Below are positions 31,501-40,829 of a DNA stretch of 64,000 nucleotides, piece after piece. Under the pieces are notes generated by a model that saw only the letters and a list, made by a program, of their open reading frames with translations, was not told where the DNA came from and did no database searches. The DNA lies in assembly GCA_000002435.2 (NCBI GenBank), contig CM018793.1. One strand, 5' to 3'. This DNA comes from Giardia intestinalis (Eukaryota). Positions within the stretch are counted from its first letter, which is position 1. Each line of letters opens with the position of its first letter. Made by a program: the position numbers and the translations under genes.

Positions 31501-33057
31501 CAATGCCATTCGTGAGGCGGAACCAGTGGCCTTAATCAATGAGCGAAGAGGACTCACCTGAAGCAAAAAGAGCAGAAGCGATTGCGAGTCAAGAAGTAAG
31601 ACGAGCTTGTTGTATTCCGTGATGAGTGCGTGTACTTGGTGAATGGTACGATTCCCTTTGAATATCATCGCAAAAGAGGTCACACCGTTGTAATCCTTCT
31701 CAGTAAGAAAGTCCAGGAGAAATGTGCTCTGATCTCCACTACTCTTTAGTAACAGCATTCGTGAAACGGCTCCCACCAGTTCTGAAACTGTGTGAAGCGA
31801 CCCACTGCGAATGGCACAGTGGAGGGTATTCCCAAGGGCCTGTGTGTACGCAGTGACATCACAAACAGTAGAGAGGAGCTTAATCTTGGATGCAGCCACG
31901 CCACTCATGCATGCTAATTGAAGTGGGCCCAAGCCAGCGTTGTCTGGGTGTGCAAAGTAATGAAACCCAACTCCACCTTCTACAGCCAAGAACGGAGAAA
32001 CCCCACAAAGTACTGCGCCCCCATTTGCAGAAGACCACTTCATTGTGGAGAGGCACGAGCCAGCTGTGCCTGCCTGGTAACACTGCTTGACCCGCACATG
32101 GACGTACGAAACAATGGTATAAAGGGACCTGTAGCTCCCCATGAAGGCAGCATAATGGAGAGGCGTTCGCCCCAATAAGTCGCATCTAAATAAGGCATCT
32201 ACGTTGATATCTTTTTCTGCCAACGTAGGCACAAAGTCCATGAGAAGCCAACGAATACACCGCTCGTAGTTTTCGTTTGTGACAAAAAGATCAGACGAAT
32301 ATTCTATTGCGACAGTGGACGATCTTGTAACGAGACCCATGTTAGCAGGAATAGTGCTGAGAGCCCTTTTTACTTCAGCCATGGAGGAATCATCAACCGG
32401 AAGGTCCTGTTTGGACACATGATCACATACGTGCTTCCTTTTAGAATCATAGAGGAATGAGACAGTATATGTTACATTCGGCGCCCCATTCTGACATATT
32501 ATCGGTGAATTAGATAGAGAAAGAAGATGCAGGATAGACACCCCCATAGCAGACACCGTCTCCAAGAGCCTTGGCTCCATGCTGAGCAGAAGCTGCATCA
32601 CATCAAGGTCTGCATTCACCGCCGAGTAGTGGAGAGCTGTCCAGCCAACAGAGTCTTGGATCAAAAAGTCAACTCCGCCTCTATAGACAACCCTGTTCAG
32701 ACTCTCACGGGCATTAAAGATGACAGCATAATGCAGAGCAGTCTGTCCACTCTCTGTTCTGCAATTGACATCTGCTCCATTCTCAAGCAAAGCATCTACA
32801 ACTTCCAAATTATCCTCTACCACTGCCAGATGCAAGGGTGTTTCTCCGGCCCTATTGCGTACATTGACGTCTAGACCGAGGGAATGTGCGAAGAAAATCG
32901 CCTCAGGGACACCTACGCTTGCTGCGATGTGTAGGACAGTATCACTCGTCTTTGGAGCTTGGAAGTCCTTGTATGTGCTCAGAGCAATAGAATTTGCGTG
33001 TCTTAACTCATGAAGTGAAGCTATTACATCCGTCACCGAGACCGACGCATTTTGCAT
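28555..33057 (-). CDS. Large protein (1500 aa) with N-terminal canonical ankyrin repeats and a C-terminal Cys-rich, zinc-binding-like cluster.
   Basis: The N-terminal ANK units read VLHIAASVG, GETPLHLAVVEDNLEVVDALLENGADVN and GQTALHYAVIFN. The C-terminal cluster is CHVCNQ...CICCERVMCAQCGVY...CMVCASCYIHRVCQC. Start is ATG. Confidence 0.7.
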   Translation of the reverse strand: MQNASVSVTDVIASLHELRHANSIALSTYKDFQAPKTSDTVLHIAASVGVPEAIFFAHSLGLDVNVRNRAGETPLHLAVVEDNLEVVDALLENGADVNCRTESGQTALHYAVIFNARESLNRVVYRGGVDFLIQDSVGWTALHYSAVNADLDVMQLLLSMEPRLLETVSAMGVSILHLLSLSNSPIICQNGAPNVTYTVSFLYDSKRKHVCDHVSKQDLPVDDSSMAEVKRALSTIPANMGLVTRSSTVAIEYSSDLFVTNENYERCIRWLLMDFVPTLAEKDINVDALFRCDLLGRTPLHYAAFMGSYRSLYTIVSYVHVRVKQCYQAGTAGSCLSTMKWSSANGGAVLCGVSPFLAVEGGVGFHYFAHPDNAGLGPLQLACMSGVAASKIKLLSTVCDVTAYTQALGNTLHCAIRSGSLHTVSELVGAVSRMLLLKSSGDQSTFLLDFLTEKDYNGVTSFAMIFKGNRTIHQVHALITEYNKLVLLLDSQSLLLFLLQVSPLRSLIKATGSASRMALLARSDSSESDEAIIEEIFSMVFNWYDGIPIDIYCLLFPTGVFQITPDEHLTTQDAYSILKDFSARANPNEVIATSLESVAVVHLREWKQTTLNMMAKDKSQLVSAISKDRTIYSAILQILKSYGCLIMRPVKQVCTNKDMAAPQPLVEDPPNAVKAIEDQYASILSVLQDYPKQANISKNLTYETSEQTLTSHYFLDEYAKVYNAVLEAPPLLTVIVDAVIYNNKIALMLLLSNIAREEVLSRIGAKYGNSRIAASLESYLSLVRNGSACDSCDSSVWSLLSEGPNVADEGIVSKLFSDLHLSFETLWRAELIMNAVIVSIFTNNYGIFCILCSLMPATHYRCDVLLFLLGTLALAQFENSSKHESAVNDKYKRLQKSVYRYIEFILDHLASVPAARIAIAQTTIIAGSTNILKDLSTFSSSSTSLDDCGLKGAVRSILPLIVTVQERLIGKKPETPTLSHTPKRLGLNTSSSPRQIPFLALLIIRGQDFGQGLLKYVLAFTQLGISYAPDIEEPSKARKGTSAWHYFSSESYNPLSRSEPLYPVPELFRRATKNLVTTYGIGQHLSNNLSIYASAKALQLRVRDRSFMMRMDEVTKQARKVKTMKLFEGHKYNRHVINGEPPNPPPAFGSSMVDVESVEEMVLSTSNDSARIYEDGTANIASICFAITTAVIAWTASLRYKLEFIYERISKISRVLGGCSIEFSYDDIKIIQLLCLIRLETIGHISAGTVADEDEHNLTPFELAVRCGSPTSFLLLMLYGCCFNAQSEEPPSLNPFTSKVAKIEAQLIKRIEAAGSSASPAATINALHMLLTVSVFNPSLINLLTNFKVDNTGTSMFTSAHVHIIQTLLEQSPLKLQLVVDPNPIDNLVRCYFVSTKASSMHRIVTNKTVKDVVREWSLLRHAGVGSLCHVCNQESNIIERFIGGAQPCICCERVMCAQCGVYLGKIQKRPCMVCASCYIHRVCQCLLNFQTNCLKGIAT

Positions 33058-33494
33058 TTTTCATGGTTTCGAAATTTCTCTTCTTTGTTAGCAAAAATTT
33101 GCACCTTGTCTCCAAACCATTAACATTCTCAGTACACTACTGCCTGAAGGCCGGTAGTGTTGCCCAACCTAAAGGTTTTACTGTGTCAATGGATCTAACT
33201 GCCATGTGGAACAAGCTATGTACCCCGTTGCCTATACATTAGGACCAGACAGATGCAGTCTACATTTAGCTAAAATCGTAGACAGTCCGACTATTGTTAA
33301 TTTGAGGCGAACTTTCTTAGTCTGGAACCCCCATTAACTAAGATAATTAACATGTACTGCGCTTGTGAAAATGGTTTCCTCGCCTGCATCTGTCTAGCGG
33401 CCTATTGCGCCCACCAGCTCCAACCTCCTGGGCATCCTACCATTTACTCTATATCTCAGATGTTTTCTTTCTCTTCTGAAAGGAAATTAGAAGG

Positions 33495-36400
33495 TCATTC
33501 GGAGGAGGATATATCGCCTGAAAGAATGAGTTTTATGTCAAGAAAATCGTAAGCGTCAGCATATTCAAGAGCTGAGATACCATCATGGTCTCTTATACCC
33601 CTTTCTCTTTCTGCAAGGAGTCTTACGGCATCTATGCTACCATTAGATACCGCATAAATGAGAGCAGTCCAACCAAAGCTATCTTTTATACCGCCTTCCA
33701 GGTCTAACAATAATTCCACACACTTGGGATAGTTATTAAATGCTGCACCCATAAGAGCAGTTCTACCGCTACCACTTCTCATGCCGCCCTCATATTTTAC
33801 TAATAATTTTACTAATTCCGTGTATCCGTATGCTGCAGCAATCATCAATGCTGTTCCTTCATATATTTCCCATCCATCTAATTCTACACATCCTGTGTTT
33901 CTTCTTGCCTGAAAAGGAAGTAGAAGCTCTACGCCTTCTATGTCACCCTTTTCCGCTGCCCTCATAAGGGCTGTGACACCTTCCCCATTAGTAGGAGCTT
34001 CATGAGGCATAATAATCTTGGCAGCCTTTAGATGTTCATTCTTGAGCGCATAATACAAAGCATTGCGATCCTGTTTGCTTTTCATCTCTTTCTCATGTTT
34101 AAGGATGATTCTTATGGCATTAATTGAGTTATTTTCAGCGGCATGCATAAGCGCTGTCATGCCGCTTCTATCTTGCATGCGTGCTTCCTTTTTTAGTAAT
34201 AACCTAATGCATTCCCCATTGTTGTTAGTCGCTGCACACATCAGAGCCGTCCAACCATCATCGTCTTGCATGCCCTTCTCTTTCTCCAATAATACTTCGA
34301 CACATTGAGGATGATTATTTTCTGCTGCACTCATTAGAGCAGTTCGTCCACAATTATCTTCCATGCATCCTTCTTTTTTCACCAGTAGCCTGACTATTTC
34401 AACATGCCCATATGCGGCTGCATACATAAGAGCTGTTTTCCCACCGATATCCTGACGGCCCACTTCATGAAGACTGTCTCTAACATCATCTATGTTATTA
34501 CAAATTGCAGCATAGATGAGAGTAGTCCAGCCAGAAGCATCGCTTTCATGTTGCACTAAGAGTTGTGCGCATTCCTGTTCATTACAAGATGCCGCCCACA
34601 TGAGAGCAGTCATATCACTATTATCTTTTATGCACTTTTCCATCATTAGTAAGAGCTTGACGCACTCTGGATTACCATTGTATGCTGCCCACATAAGAGC
34701 GGATCCGCCGTCGTTATCCTGCATGTTGCCTTCCTTTTTCAGTAGTTGTTTGATGCACTCAGGACAATTCTTCTGTGCTGCGATCATAAGAGCGGTCTCG
34801 CCACTGTTAGTTTGCATGCGGCCCTCCTTTTTTAGTAGGAGCTTAACACACTCTAGACTGTTATTGCACGCCGCATTCATAAGAGCAGTTCGACCATCAC
34901 TGCTTTTCATGCCACCCTCTTTTTCAAATAATAGTCTAGCACACTCTAAATTGTTATTAGATGCTGCAGCCATGAGACCAGTTCTGCCAGACTTATCGTA
35001 CATGCAACCTTCCCTTTCCAAAAGCAGCCGAACGCATCCTGCGTGACCCTTTTCTGCTGCCATTATGAGAGCAGTTTCGCCGTTGTTAGTTTGCATACCG
35101 CTTTCTTCTTCTAAGAGCAACCTTGTACACTCTAAATGGTTATTGCGCGCTGCACACATAAGAGCGGTCCATCCGTCATTGTCTTGCATGCATCGTTCTT
35201 TTTCTAGTAAAAGCATAGCGCATTCTAGCTTGTTGTTACAAACTGCGTGCATAAGAGCGGACCACCCGTCTTTATCCTGCATACCGCCTTCATGGTCCAG
35301 TAATATGTCGACGCAGTCTACACTATTGTTGAATACTGCTATCATAAGGGCACTCCGACCATTCTTATTTTGCATCTCAGCCTCCTTCTTTACTAATAAT
35401 GCAGCACACTCTATGCTGTTGCTATATGCTGCATACATGAGAGCGGTCCAGCCACTACTCTGTGTCATTCCGGCTTCTTCGTGTAACAGAATCTTAACGC
35501 ACTCAAGGTTGTTCCCTTGTGCTGCTCTCATGAGAGCTGTTTTACCGCACTCATCTTTCATACGACACTCGTGTTCTACTAACAGCTTTACCATTCCTGT
35601 GTGGCCATGCGCTGCTGCCCTCATCAATGCTGTGCCCTTAGTCATCCTCAATCCATCTGTTTCAGCCTCCCCTGCTGTTCTCTTTCTCTTCTGAAGAGGT
35701 ATAAGCGCCTTCACAGTATCTACGTCATTTCTGTCAACAGCCCTCATGAGTGCCGTGACGCCTTTGTCATCAGTAGGGTCTAAAAGCTCCACAATACCTT
35801 CGTGCCCCGCCCTCGCGGCTATGATTAGCGCAGTCTCGTCGTTGTTGTTCCTCTTGTCTTTGTCCGAGAGGTGTTCCTTGACCGCCTCGATGTCTCCGTC
35901 CGCAGCGGCGCACATGAGCGGGGTCCAGGAGAAATGTAGTATGGATCTAGGGAGGCTTGACAATGCTGTGATATTCACCAGCCCATGTGTTGATGTAGGA
36001 GGTGCAGGGACCTGTGCACACGAGTTCTGGGGGCTCTTGAAGGTCCTCGTAAACTGTTGTTCGAGGTCCCTAGCTTCGGTCCGAAGATTCTGCTCAAAAG
36101 AGGCTATTCTGGCGTTTGCCTTGTCCAGAGCATTCTCCAGCATCATAATCCATGGATTCCTCTTGGTAGCAGAAGCGTCGGATGCCTGGAGTAGATCACA
36201 GAGCTCTTTGGCTGTTGGCCTTTCTCCTGGATCCAGAACGAAGATTTTTTCGAGGATGCACTTCATAACACTATTCGTGATATCACCTAAGTCCGGTCTC
36301 CATCCAGAGATGAAGGTACTCTTTGGGTCGCCAGTTCTTGTGAAATTGGGTCTCTTCAGGGTGGCAAGCTCGTAGATGATCACTCCGAGTGCCCAGATAT

Positions 36401-37025
36401 CGGAGGCAGAGGTGATGTGGTTACGAAGAAGAGTCTCAGGGGCTGTATACGGTCTTGCTCCGACAAAAGCGTTTCCAGATCGCAGAACGTCCTTGCAGGG
36501 GCCAAAGCATGTGATGACGACGCGCTTCTTGTCTTCGCTGATAAGGATGCTGGCAGGCCTGAGGTCCCGGTGCACGATTCCACAGACGGTGCTTCCATTG
36601 GAATTTGTCATCTGGATGCCATGGAGATAGGCGAGGGCATCGGCGACCTGCTGCATGACAGAGAAGATCATTTCGTCGGAAACGTAAACATCCATCCGTT
36701 TGTGCTCAGTGATGAACCTATCAAGAGAACTGCTGTAGCGGTCCATGGTCACGTAGACAAGGCACCCGTCCTCAATGACCTGGTGGCATCTGAGGACCCC
36801 CGGATGCGAGAGTCTAAGGAGAGCAGCCAGCTCAGACTTGAAAATGCTGACGATACCCTCGTCTTGGTCGTCAATCTGGATCTCTTTTATAGCAAAATTA
36901 GGGTAGTCTTTAATAGAGTAAACAGCGCTGGAGGATCCCCTGCCAAGCAGGACATCTATGCACTTGTAAGCCTCGTTGGCTAGGAGCTTTGGTGCAGCGG
37001 AGCCCTCCACGGCAGAAGCGGACAT
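33495..37025 (-). CDS. NEK-family protein kinase with a long C-terminal ankyrin-repeat array.
   Basis: The kinase subdomains are present: GRGSSSAVY, AIKEI (Lys), HRDLRPASIL, YTAPE and DIWALGVIIYEL. The DFG motif is replaced by CFG. More than 20 ANK units follow. The ORF-track start at 37145 is GTG; the first ATG is MSASAVEGS at about 37025. Confidence 0.85.
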   Translation of the reverse strand: MSASAVEGSAAPKLLANEAYKCIDVLLGRGSSSAVYSIKDYPNFAIKEIQIDDQDEGIVSIFKSELAALLRLSHPGVLRCHQVIEDGCLVYVTMDRYSSSLDRFITEHKRMDVYVSDEMIFSVMQQVADALAYLHGIQMTNSNGSTVCGIVHRDLRPASILISEDKKRVVITCFGPCKDVLRSGNAFVGARPYTAPETLLRNHITSASDIWALGVIIYELATLKRPNFTRTGDPKSTFISGWRPDLGDITNSVMKCILEKIFVLDPGERPTAKELCDLLQASDASATKRNPWIMMLENALDKANARIASFEQNLRTEARDLEQQFTRTFKSPQNSCAQVPAPPTSTHGLVNITALSSLPRSILHFSWTPLMCAAADGDIEAVKEHLSDKDKRNNNDETALIIAARAGHEGIVELLDPTDDKGVTALMRAVDRNDVDTVKALIPLQKRKRTAGEAETDGLRMTKGTALMRAAAHGHTGMVKLLVEHECRMKDECGKTALMRAAQGNNLECVKILLHEEAGMTQSSGWTALMYAAYSNSIECAALLVKKEAEMQNKNGRSALMIAVFNNSVDCVDILLDHEGGMQDKDGWSALMHAVCNNKLECAMLLLEKERCMQDNDGWTALMCAARNNHLECTRLLLEEESGMQTNNGETALIMAAEKGHAGCVRLLLEREGCMYDKSGRTGLMAAASNNNLECARLLFEKEGGMKSSDGRTALMNAACNNSLECVKLLLKKEGRMQTNSGETALMIAAQKNCPECIKQLLKKEGNMQDNDGGSALMWAAYNGNPECVKLLLMMEKCIKDNSDMTALMWAASCNEQECAQLLVQHESDASGWTTLIYAAICNNIDDVRDSLHEVGRQDIGGKTALMYAAAYGHVEIVRLLVKKEGCMEDNCGRTALMSAAENNHPQCVEVLLEKEKGMQDDDGWTALMCAATNNNGECIRLLLKKEARMQDRSGMTALMHAAENNSINAIRIILKHEKEMKSKQDRNALYYALKNEHLKAAKIIMPHEAPTNGEGVTALMRAAEKGDIEGVELLLPFQARRNTGCVELDGWEIYEGTALMIAAAYGYTELVKLLVKYEGGMRSGSGRTALMGAAFNNYPKCVELLLDLEGGIKDSFGWTALIYAVSNGSIDAVRLLAERERGIRDHDGISALEYADAYDFLDIKLILSGDISSSE

Positions 37026-37165
37026 CCGATCGTCCTCGCTAACAATAGTGGTTTTTGGCCAATCCACGGCGACTGGATTGGATGGACGATCAGGAGCTGG
37101 GTTGAGGACCGCCCCACGGCACAGAAGCAGCGGGCGGATGCCCACTGAGTACTATTCATTGGCGC

Positions 37166-37180
37166 ATTTACTATCTAAGT
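37166..37180 (-). promoter_or_regulatory. VSP-type extended polyadenylation signal ACTTAGATAGTAAAT (consensus ACTYAGRTAGTRAAY).
   Basis: Read on the minus strand, TAG-atgt-ACTTAGATAGTAAAT lies 4 nt after the CRGKA stop codon. Confidence 0.6.
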
Positions 37181-37184
37181 ACAT

Positions 37185-40100
37185 CTACGCTTTGCCTCTG
37201 CATAGGAACCACCAACACAAGAAGCCAACAAGACCACCTACAATAACTATCACAGCCACGGCGATGCCTGCAATGGCGCCGGTAGAAAGGCCACTCTTAT
37301 TGACGCTTCCGCCGTTGTCAGTGCCATCCGTCTTGACGTAGCAGATGACAGAGCCACCATCGCCGCCAGCTGGAGGAGCACAGCTTACGCAATCTTTAAC
37401 TCCAGTGATAGGCTTATTACCGTTAGGATCGTTTGTGTCGCATCTTACACATTTGGTTCCAACCTGATAATATCCTACAACGCAAGATGAACATGTGTTT
37501 GCATCGTTTGCACTAGTGCACGTTTTGCAAGCGGAATCACACAAAGGGCATACTCCAGCCGCACTAGGCTGAAGACTATTGGCGCACGTCTCGCACTTGT
37601 CGCCCTGACTGGCTAGCGTGCATATCTGTATGCCAGGTTGTCTGTCAGTCTTATAGCAGCCGTTGTCCTGGCGGAAGTACCCACTGGCACACGTAGTGCA
37701 CCCTCCCTTGCCATCTTTCACCTTGCACGCAGCTGCGCGGGCATTGTCTGCTGTACAGACCCCGTTGACGGGGACCTCCGTGGATGTGCTGCACTTCGAG
37801 CAATACTTTGTCCCTCCGATGGTGGCTCCGCAGGTCTCGCATCCGCTAGCTCCACTCTGGGGCTTGCACCCGTCCACGCAAGTACCGCTTGATGGACTGT
37901 TCTCATCCGTGTATTTGAGCATCTTCCCAGCAGGACAGGCCGTACACTTATCAGCACCCTCACCCTTACACTCTGCGCACGCATCGTTGCACCTCTTGCA
38001 TGTCTTTTTGCCACTATCGTCTCCGTAGTAGCCCTTGAGGGTCGTGCAGTCAGATACGCACTGACTAGTTGGGGTGAGGTAATCGCCGTCATTACATTCA
38101 GTGCAGGCCTCGTTCTCGGCCTTCGGGTTTGTGCAGTCCCTGCAGTTGGGCGTGTTGCACTTCCTCTCGACGCACTGGCTCCCGCTCAGAACGTAGGCGG
38201 GGTCGCAGCCAGTGCAGGCCTCGTTCTCGGCCTTCGGGTTTGTGCAGTCCCTGCAGTTGGGCGTGTTGCACTTCCTCTCGACGCACTGGCTCCCGCTCAG
38301 AACGTAGGCGGGGTCGCAGCCAGTGCAGGCCTCGTTCTCGGCCTTCGGGTTTGTGCAGTCCCTGCAGTTGGGCGTGTTGCACTTCCTCTCGACGCACTGG
38401 CTCCCGCTCAGAACGTAGGCGGGGTCGCAGCCAGTGCAGGCCTCGTTCTCGGCCTTCGGGTTTGTGCAGTCCCTGCAGTTGGGCGTGTTGCACTTCCTCT
38501 CGACGCACTGGCTCCCGCTCAGAACGTAGGCGGGGTCGCAGCCAGTGCAGGCCTCGTTCTCGGCCTTCGGGTTTGTGCAGTCCCTGCAGTTGGGCGTGTT
38601 GCACTTCCTCTCGACGCACTGGCTCCCGCTCAGAACGTAGGCGGGGTCGCAGCCAGTGCAGGCCTCGTTCTCGGCCTTCGGGTTTGTGCAGTCCCTGCAG
38701 TTGGGCGTGTTGCACTTCCTCTCGACGCACTGGCTCCCGCTCAGAACGTAGGCGGGGTCGCAGCCAGTGCAGGCCTCGTTCTCGGCCTTCGGGTTTGTGC
38801 AGTCCCTGCAGTTGGGCGTGTTGCACTTCCTCTCGACGCACTGGCTCCCGCTCAGAACGTAGGCGGGGTCGCAGCCAGTGCAGGCCTCGTTCTCGGCCTT
38901 CGGGTTTGTGCAGTCCCTGCAGTTGGGCGTGTTGCACTTCCTCTCGACGCACTGGCTCCCGCTCAGAACGTAGGCGGGGTCGCAGCCAGTGCAGGCCTCG
39001 TTCTCGGCCTTCGGGTTTGTGCAGTCCCTGCAGTTGGGCGTGTTGCACTTCCTCTCGACGCACTGGCTCCCGCTCAGAACGTAGGCGGGGTCGCAGCCAG
39101 TGCAGGCCTCGTTCTCGGCCTTCGGGTTTGTGCAGTCCCTGCAGTTGGGCGTGTTGCACTTCCTCTCGACGCACTGGCTCCCGCTCAGAACGTAGGCGGG
39201 GTCGCAGCCAGTGCAGGCCTCGTTCTCGGCCTTCGGGTTTGTGCAGTCCCTGCAGTTGGGCGTGTTGCACTTCCTCTCGACGCACTGGCTCCCGCTCAGA
39301 ACGTAGGCGGGGTCGCAGCCAGTGCAGGCCTCGTTCTCGGCCTTCGGGTTTGTGCAGTCCCTGCAGTTGGGCGTGTTGCACTTCCTCTCGACGCACTGGC
39401 TCCCGCTCAGAACGTAGGCGGGGTCGCAGCCAGTGCAGGCCTCGTTCTCGGCCTTCGGGTTTGTGCAGTCCCTGCAGTTGGGCGTGTTGCACTTCCTCTC
39501 GACGCACTGGCTCCCGCTCAGAACGTAGGCGGGGTCGCAGCCAGTGCAGGCCTCGTTCTCGGCCTTCGGGTTTGTGCAGTCCCTGCAGTTGGGCGTGTTG
39601 CACTTCCTCTCGACGCACTGGCTCCCGCTCAGAACGTAGGCGGGGTCGCAGCCAGTGCAGGCCTCGTTCTCGGCCTTCGGGTTTGTGCAGTCCCTGCAGT
39701 TGGGCGTGTTGCACTTCCTCTCGACGCACTGGCTCCCGCTCAGAACGTAGGCGGGGTCGCAGCCAGTGCAGGCCTCGTTCTCGGCCTTCGGGTTTGTGCA
39801 GTCCCTGCAGTTGGGCGTGTTGCACTTCCTCTCGACGCACTGGCTCCCGCTCAGAACGTAGGCGGGGTCGCAGCCAGTGCAGGCCTCGTTCTCGGCCTTC
39901 GGGTTTGTGCAGTCCCTGCAGTTGGGCGTGTTGCACTTCCTCTCGACGCACTGGCTCCCGCTCAGAACGTAGGCGGGGTCGCAGCCAGTGCAGGCCTCGT
40001 TCTCGGCCTTCGGGTTTGTGCAGTCCCTGCAGTTGGGCGTGTTGCACTTCCTCTCGACGCACTGGCTCCCGCTCAGAACGTAGGCGGGGTCGCAGCCAGT

Positions 40101-40451
40101 GCAGGCCTCGTTCTCGGCCTTCGGGTTTGTGCAGTCCCTGCAGTTGGGCGTGTTGCACTTCCTCTCGACGCACTGGCTCCCGCTCAGAACGTAGGCGGGG
40201 TCGCAGCCAGTGCAGGCCTCGTTCTCGGCCTTCGGGTTTGTGCAGTCCCTGCAGTTGGGCGTGTTGCACTTCCTCTCGACGCACTGGCTCCCGCTCAGAA
40301 CGTAGGCGGGGTCGCAGCCAGTGCAGGCCTCGTTCTCGGCCTTCGGGTTTGTGCAGTCCCTGCAGTTGGGCGTGTTGCACTTTTCGCTGCCGTTCTGCCC
40401 GCTGCGCTTTGCCAGCACTGTTACACAAACTAGGAGAAATCCTACCAACAT
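37185..40451 (-). CDS. vsp: Variant-specific surface protein (VSP) with about 20 tandem 37-aa Cys-rich repeats.
   Basis: The N-terminal MLVGFLLVCVTVLA is a signal peptide. There are dozens of CXXC motifs. The C-terminal TM helix is followed by the invariant tail CRGKA-stop, and the VSP poly(A) signal lies downstream. Confidence 0.9.
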   Translation of the reverse strand: MLVGFLLVCVTVLAKRSGQNGSEKCNTPNCRDCTNPKAENEACTGCDPAYVLSGSQCVERKCNTPNCRDCTNPKAENEACTGCDPAYVLSGSQCVERKCNTPNCRDCTNPKAENEACTGCDPAYVLSGSQCVERKCNTPNCRDCTNPKAENEACTGCDPAYVLSGSQCVERKCNTPNCRDCTNPKAENEACTGCDPAYVLSGSQCVERKCNTPNCRDCTNPKAENEACTGCDPAYVLSGSQCVERKCNTPNCRDCTNPKAENEACTGCDPAYVLSGSQCVERKCNTPNCRDCTNPKAENEACTGCDPAYVLSGSQCVERKCNTPNCRDCTNPKAENEACTGCDPAYVLSGSQCVERKCNTPNCRDCTNPKAENEACTGCDPAYVLSGSQCVERKCNTPNCRDCTNPKAENEACTGCDPAYVLSGSQCVERKCNTPNCRDCTNPKAENEACTGCDPAYVLSGSQCVERKCNTPNCRDCTNPKAENEACTGCDPAYVLSGSQCVERKCNTPNCRDCTNPKAENEACTGCDPAYVLSGSQCVERKCNTPNCRDCTNPKAENEACTGCDPAYVLSGSQCVERKCNTPNCRDCTNPKAENEACTGCDPAYVLSGSQCVERKCNTPNCRDCTNPKAENEACTGCDPAYVLSGSQCVERKCNTPNCRDCTNPKAENEACTGCDPAYVLSGSQCVERKCNTPNCRDCTNPKAENEACTGCDPAYVLSGSQCVERKCNTPNCRDCTNPKAENEACTGCDPAYVLSGSQCVERKCNTPNCRDCTNPKAENEACTECNDGDYLTPTSQCVSDCTTLKGYYGDDSGKKTCKRCNDACAECKGEGADKCTACPAGKMLKYTDENSPSSGTCVDGCKPQSGASGCETCGATIGGTKYCSKCSTSTEVPVNGVCTADNARAAACKVKDGKGGCTTCASGYFRQDNGCYKTDRQPGIQICTLASQGDKCETCANSLQPSAAGVCPLCDSACKTCTSANDANTCSSCVVGYYQVGTKCVRCDTNDPNGNKPITGVKDCVSCAPPAGGDGGSVICYVKTDGTDNGGSVNKSGLSTGAIAGIAVAVIVIVGGLVGFLCWWFLCRGKA
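38100..40380 (-). repeat. Perfect tandem array of a 111-bp unit, about 20.5 copies, coding (unit KCNTPNCRDCTNPKAENEACTGCDPAYVLSGSQCVER).
   Basis: The period was measured directly (e.g. tcgttctcgg at 38110 and again at 38221). All copies appear nucleotide-identical. The period is divisible by 3, so all six frames stay open. Confidence 0.9.
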
Positions 40452-40829
40452 TAGCCGGGTTCGTATGCCACTGCTCTTCTGTCAGGCTGATGTGTTGCTG
40501 CGAGCAGTGAGAGACAGTCACTTTTGCTCCCTTAACCAGTTGGACCGGAGAAGGACAAGATAGGAGCACACCCACCGGAGGCCAACTGATAGTGCGGTTC
40601 CCCCTGGCTTCCATAGGAACAGGACCAGTAAGGACCAGACTCAGATCGCACCTCTCTTGTGGAGTGATTGTTCAGGGTGCACTCCTGTACATTGCTGTCA
40701 CTGTATCACTGGGCCCACCTGCAGGTGCGCTCAGAGGCCCCACGGGCAAGCCGCGCCCACTTCCCAACCACCGCGGAGGGTGTCCTGGGAGACGCTAGTA
40801 ACAGTGCAGTTAGCAGCTTTGCAGGGCCG

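Noticed and set aside
34063-36375. Plus-strand ORFs (for example 34516-35046, 35065-35694 and 35746-36375) inside the NEK ankyrin array, and similar antisense ORFs inside other ankyrin genes (6107-6592, 8505-8903, 55027-55446).
   Set aside because: These are the antisense reading of the periodic ankyrin-repeat DNA. They give repetitive S/L/A-rich pseudo-proteins (MRAVSPLL..., AAHIRAV...) with no independent support.
38100-40380. Possibility that the tandem array is a CRISPR array or a satellite.
   Set aside because: The context is eukaryotic. The repeats are contiguous with no spacers. They are in frame and encode the CXXC-rich ectodomain of the VSP.
38098-40614. Long ORFs of 838 aa (minus strand, alternative frame) and 793 aa (plus strand, 38129-40510) running through the VSP repeat array.
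   Set aside because: The repeat period of 111 bp is a multiple of 3, so every frame on both strands stays open across about 2.3 kb. The translations are low-complexity (RERGLHWLRPRLRSE..., CSPCSWACCTSSRRTGSRSERRRG...). Only the frame with a signal peptide, CXXC motifs, a TM helix and CRGKA is coding.
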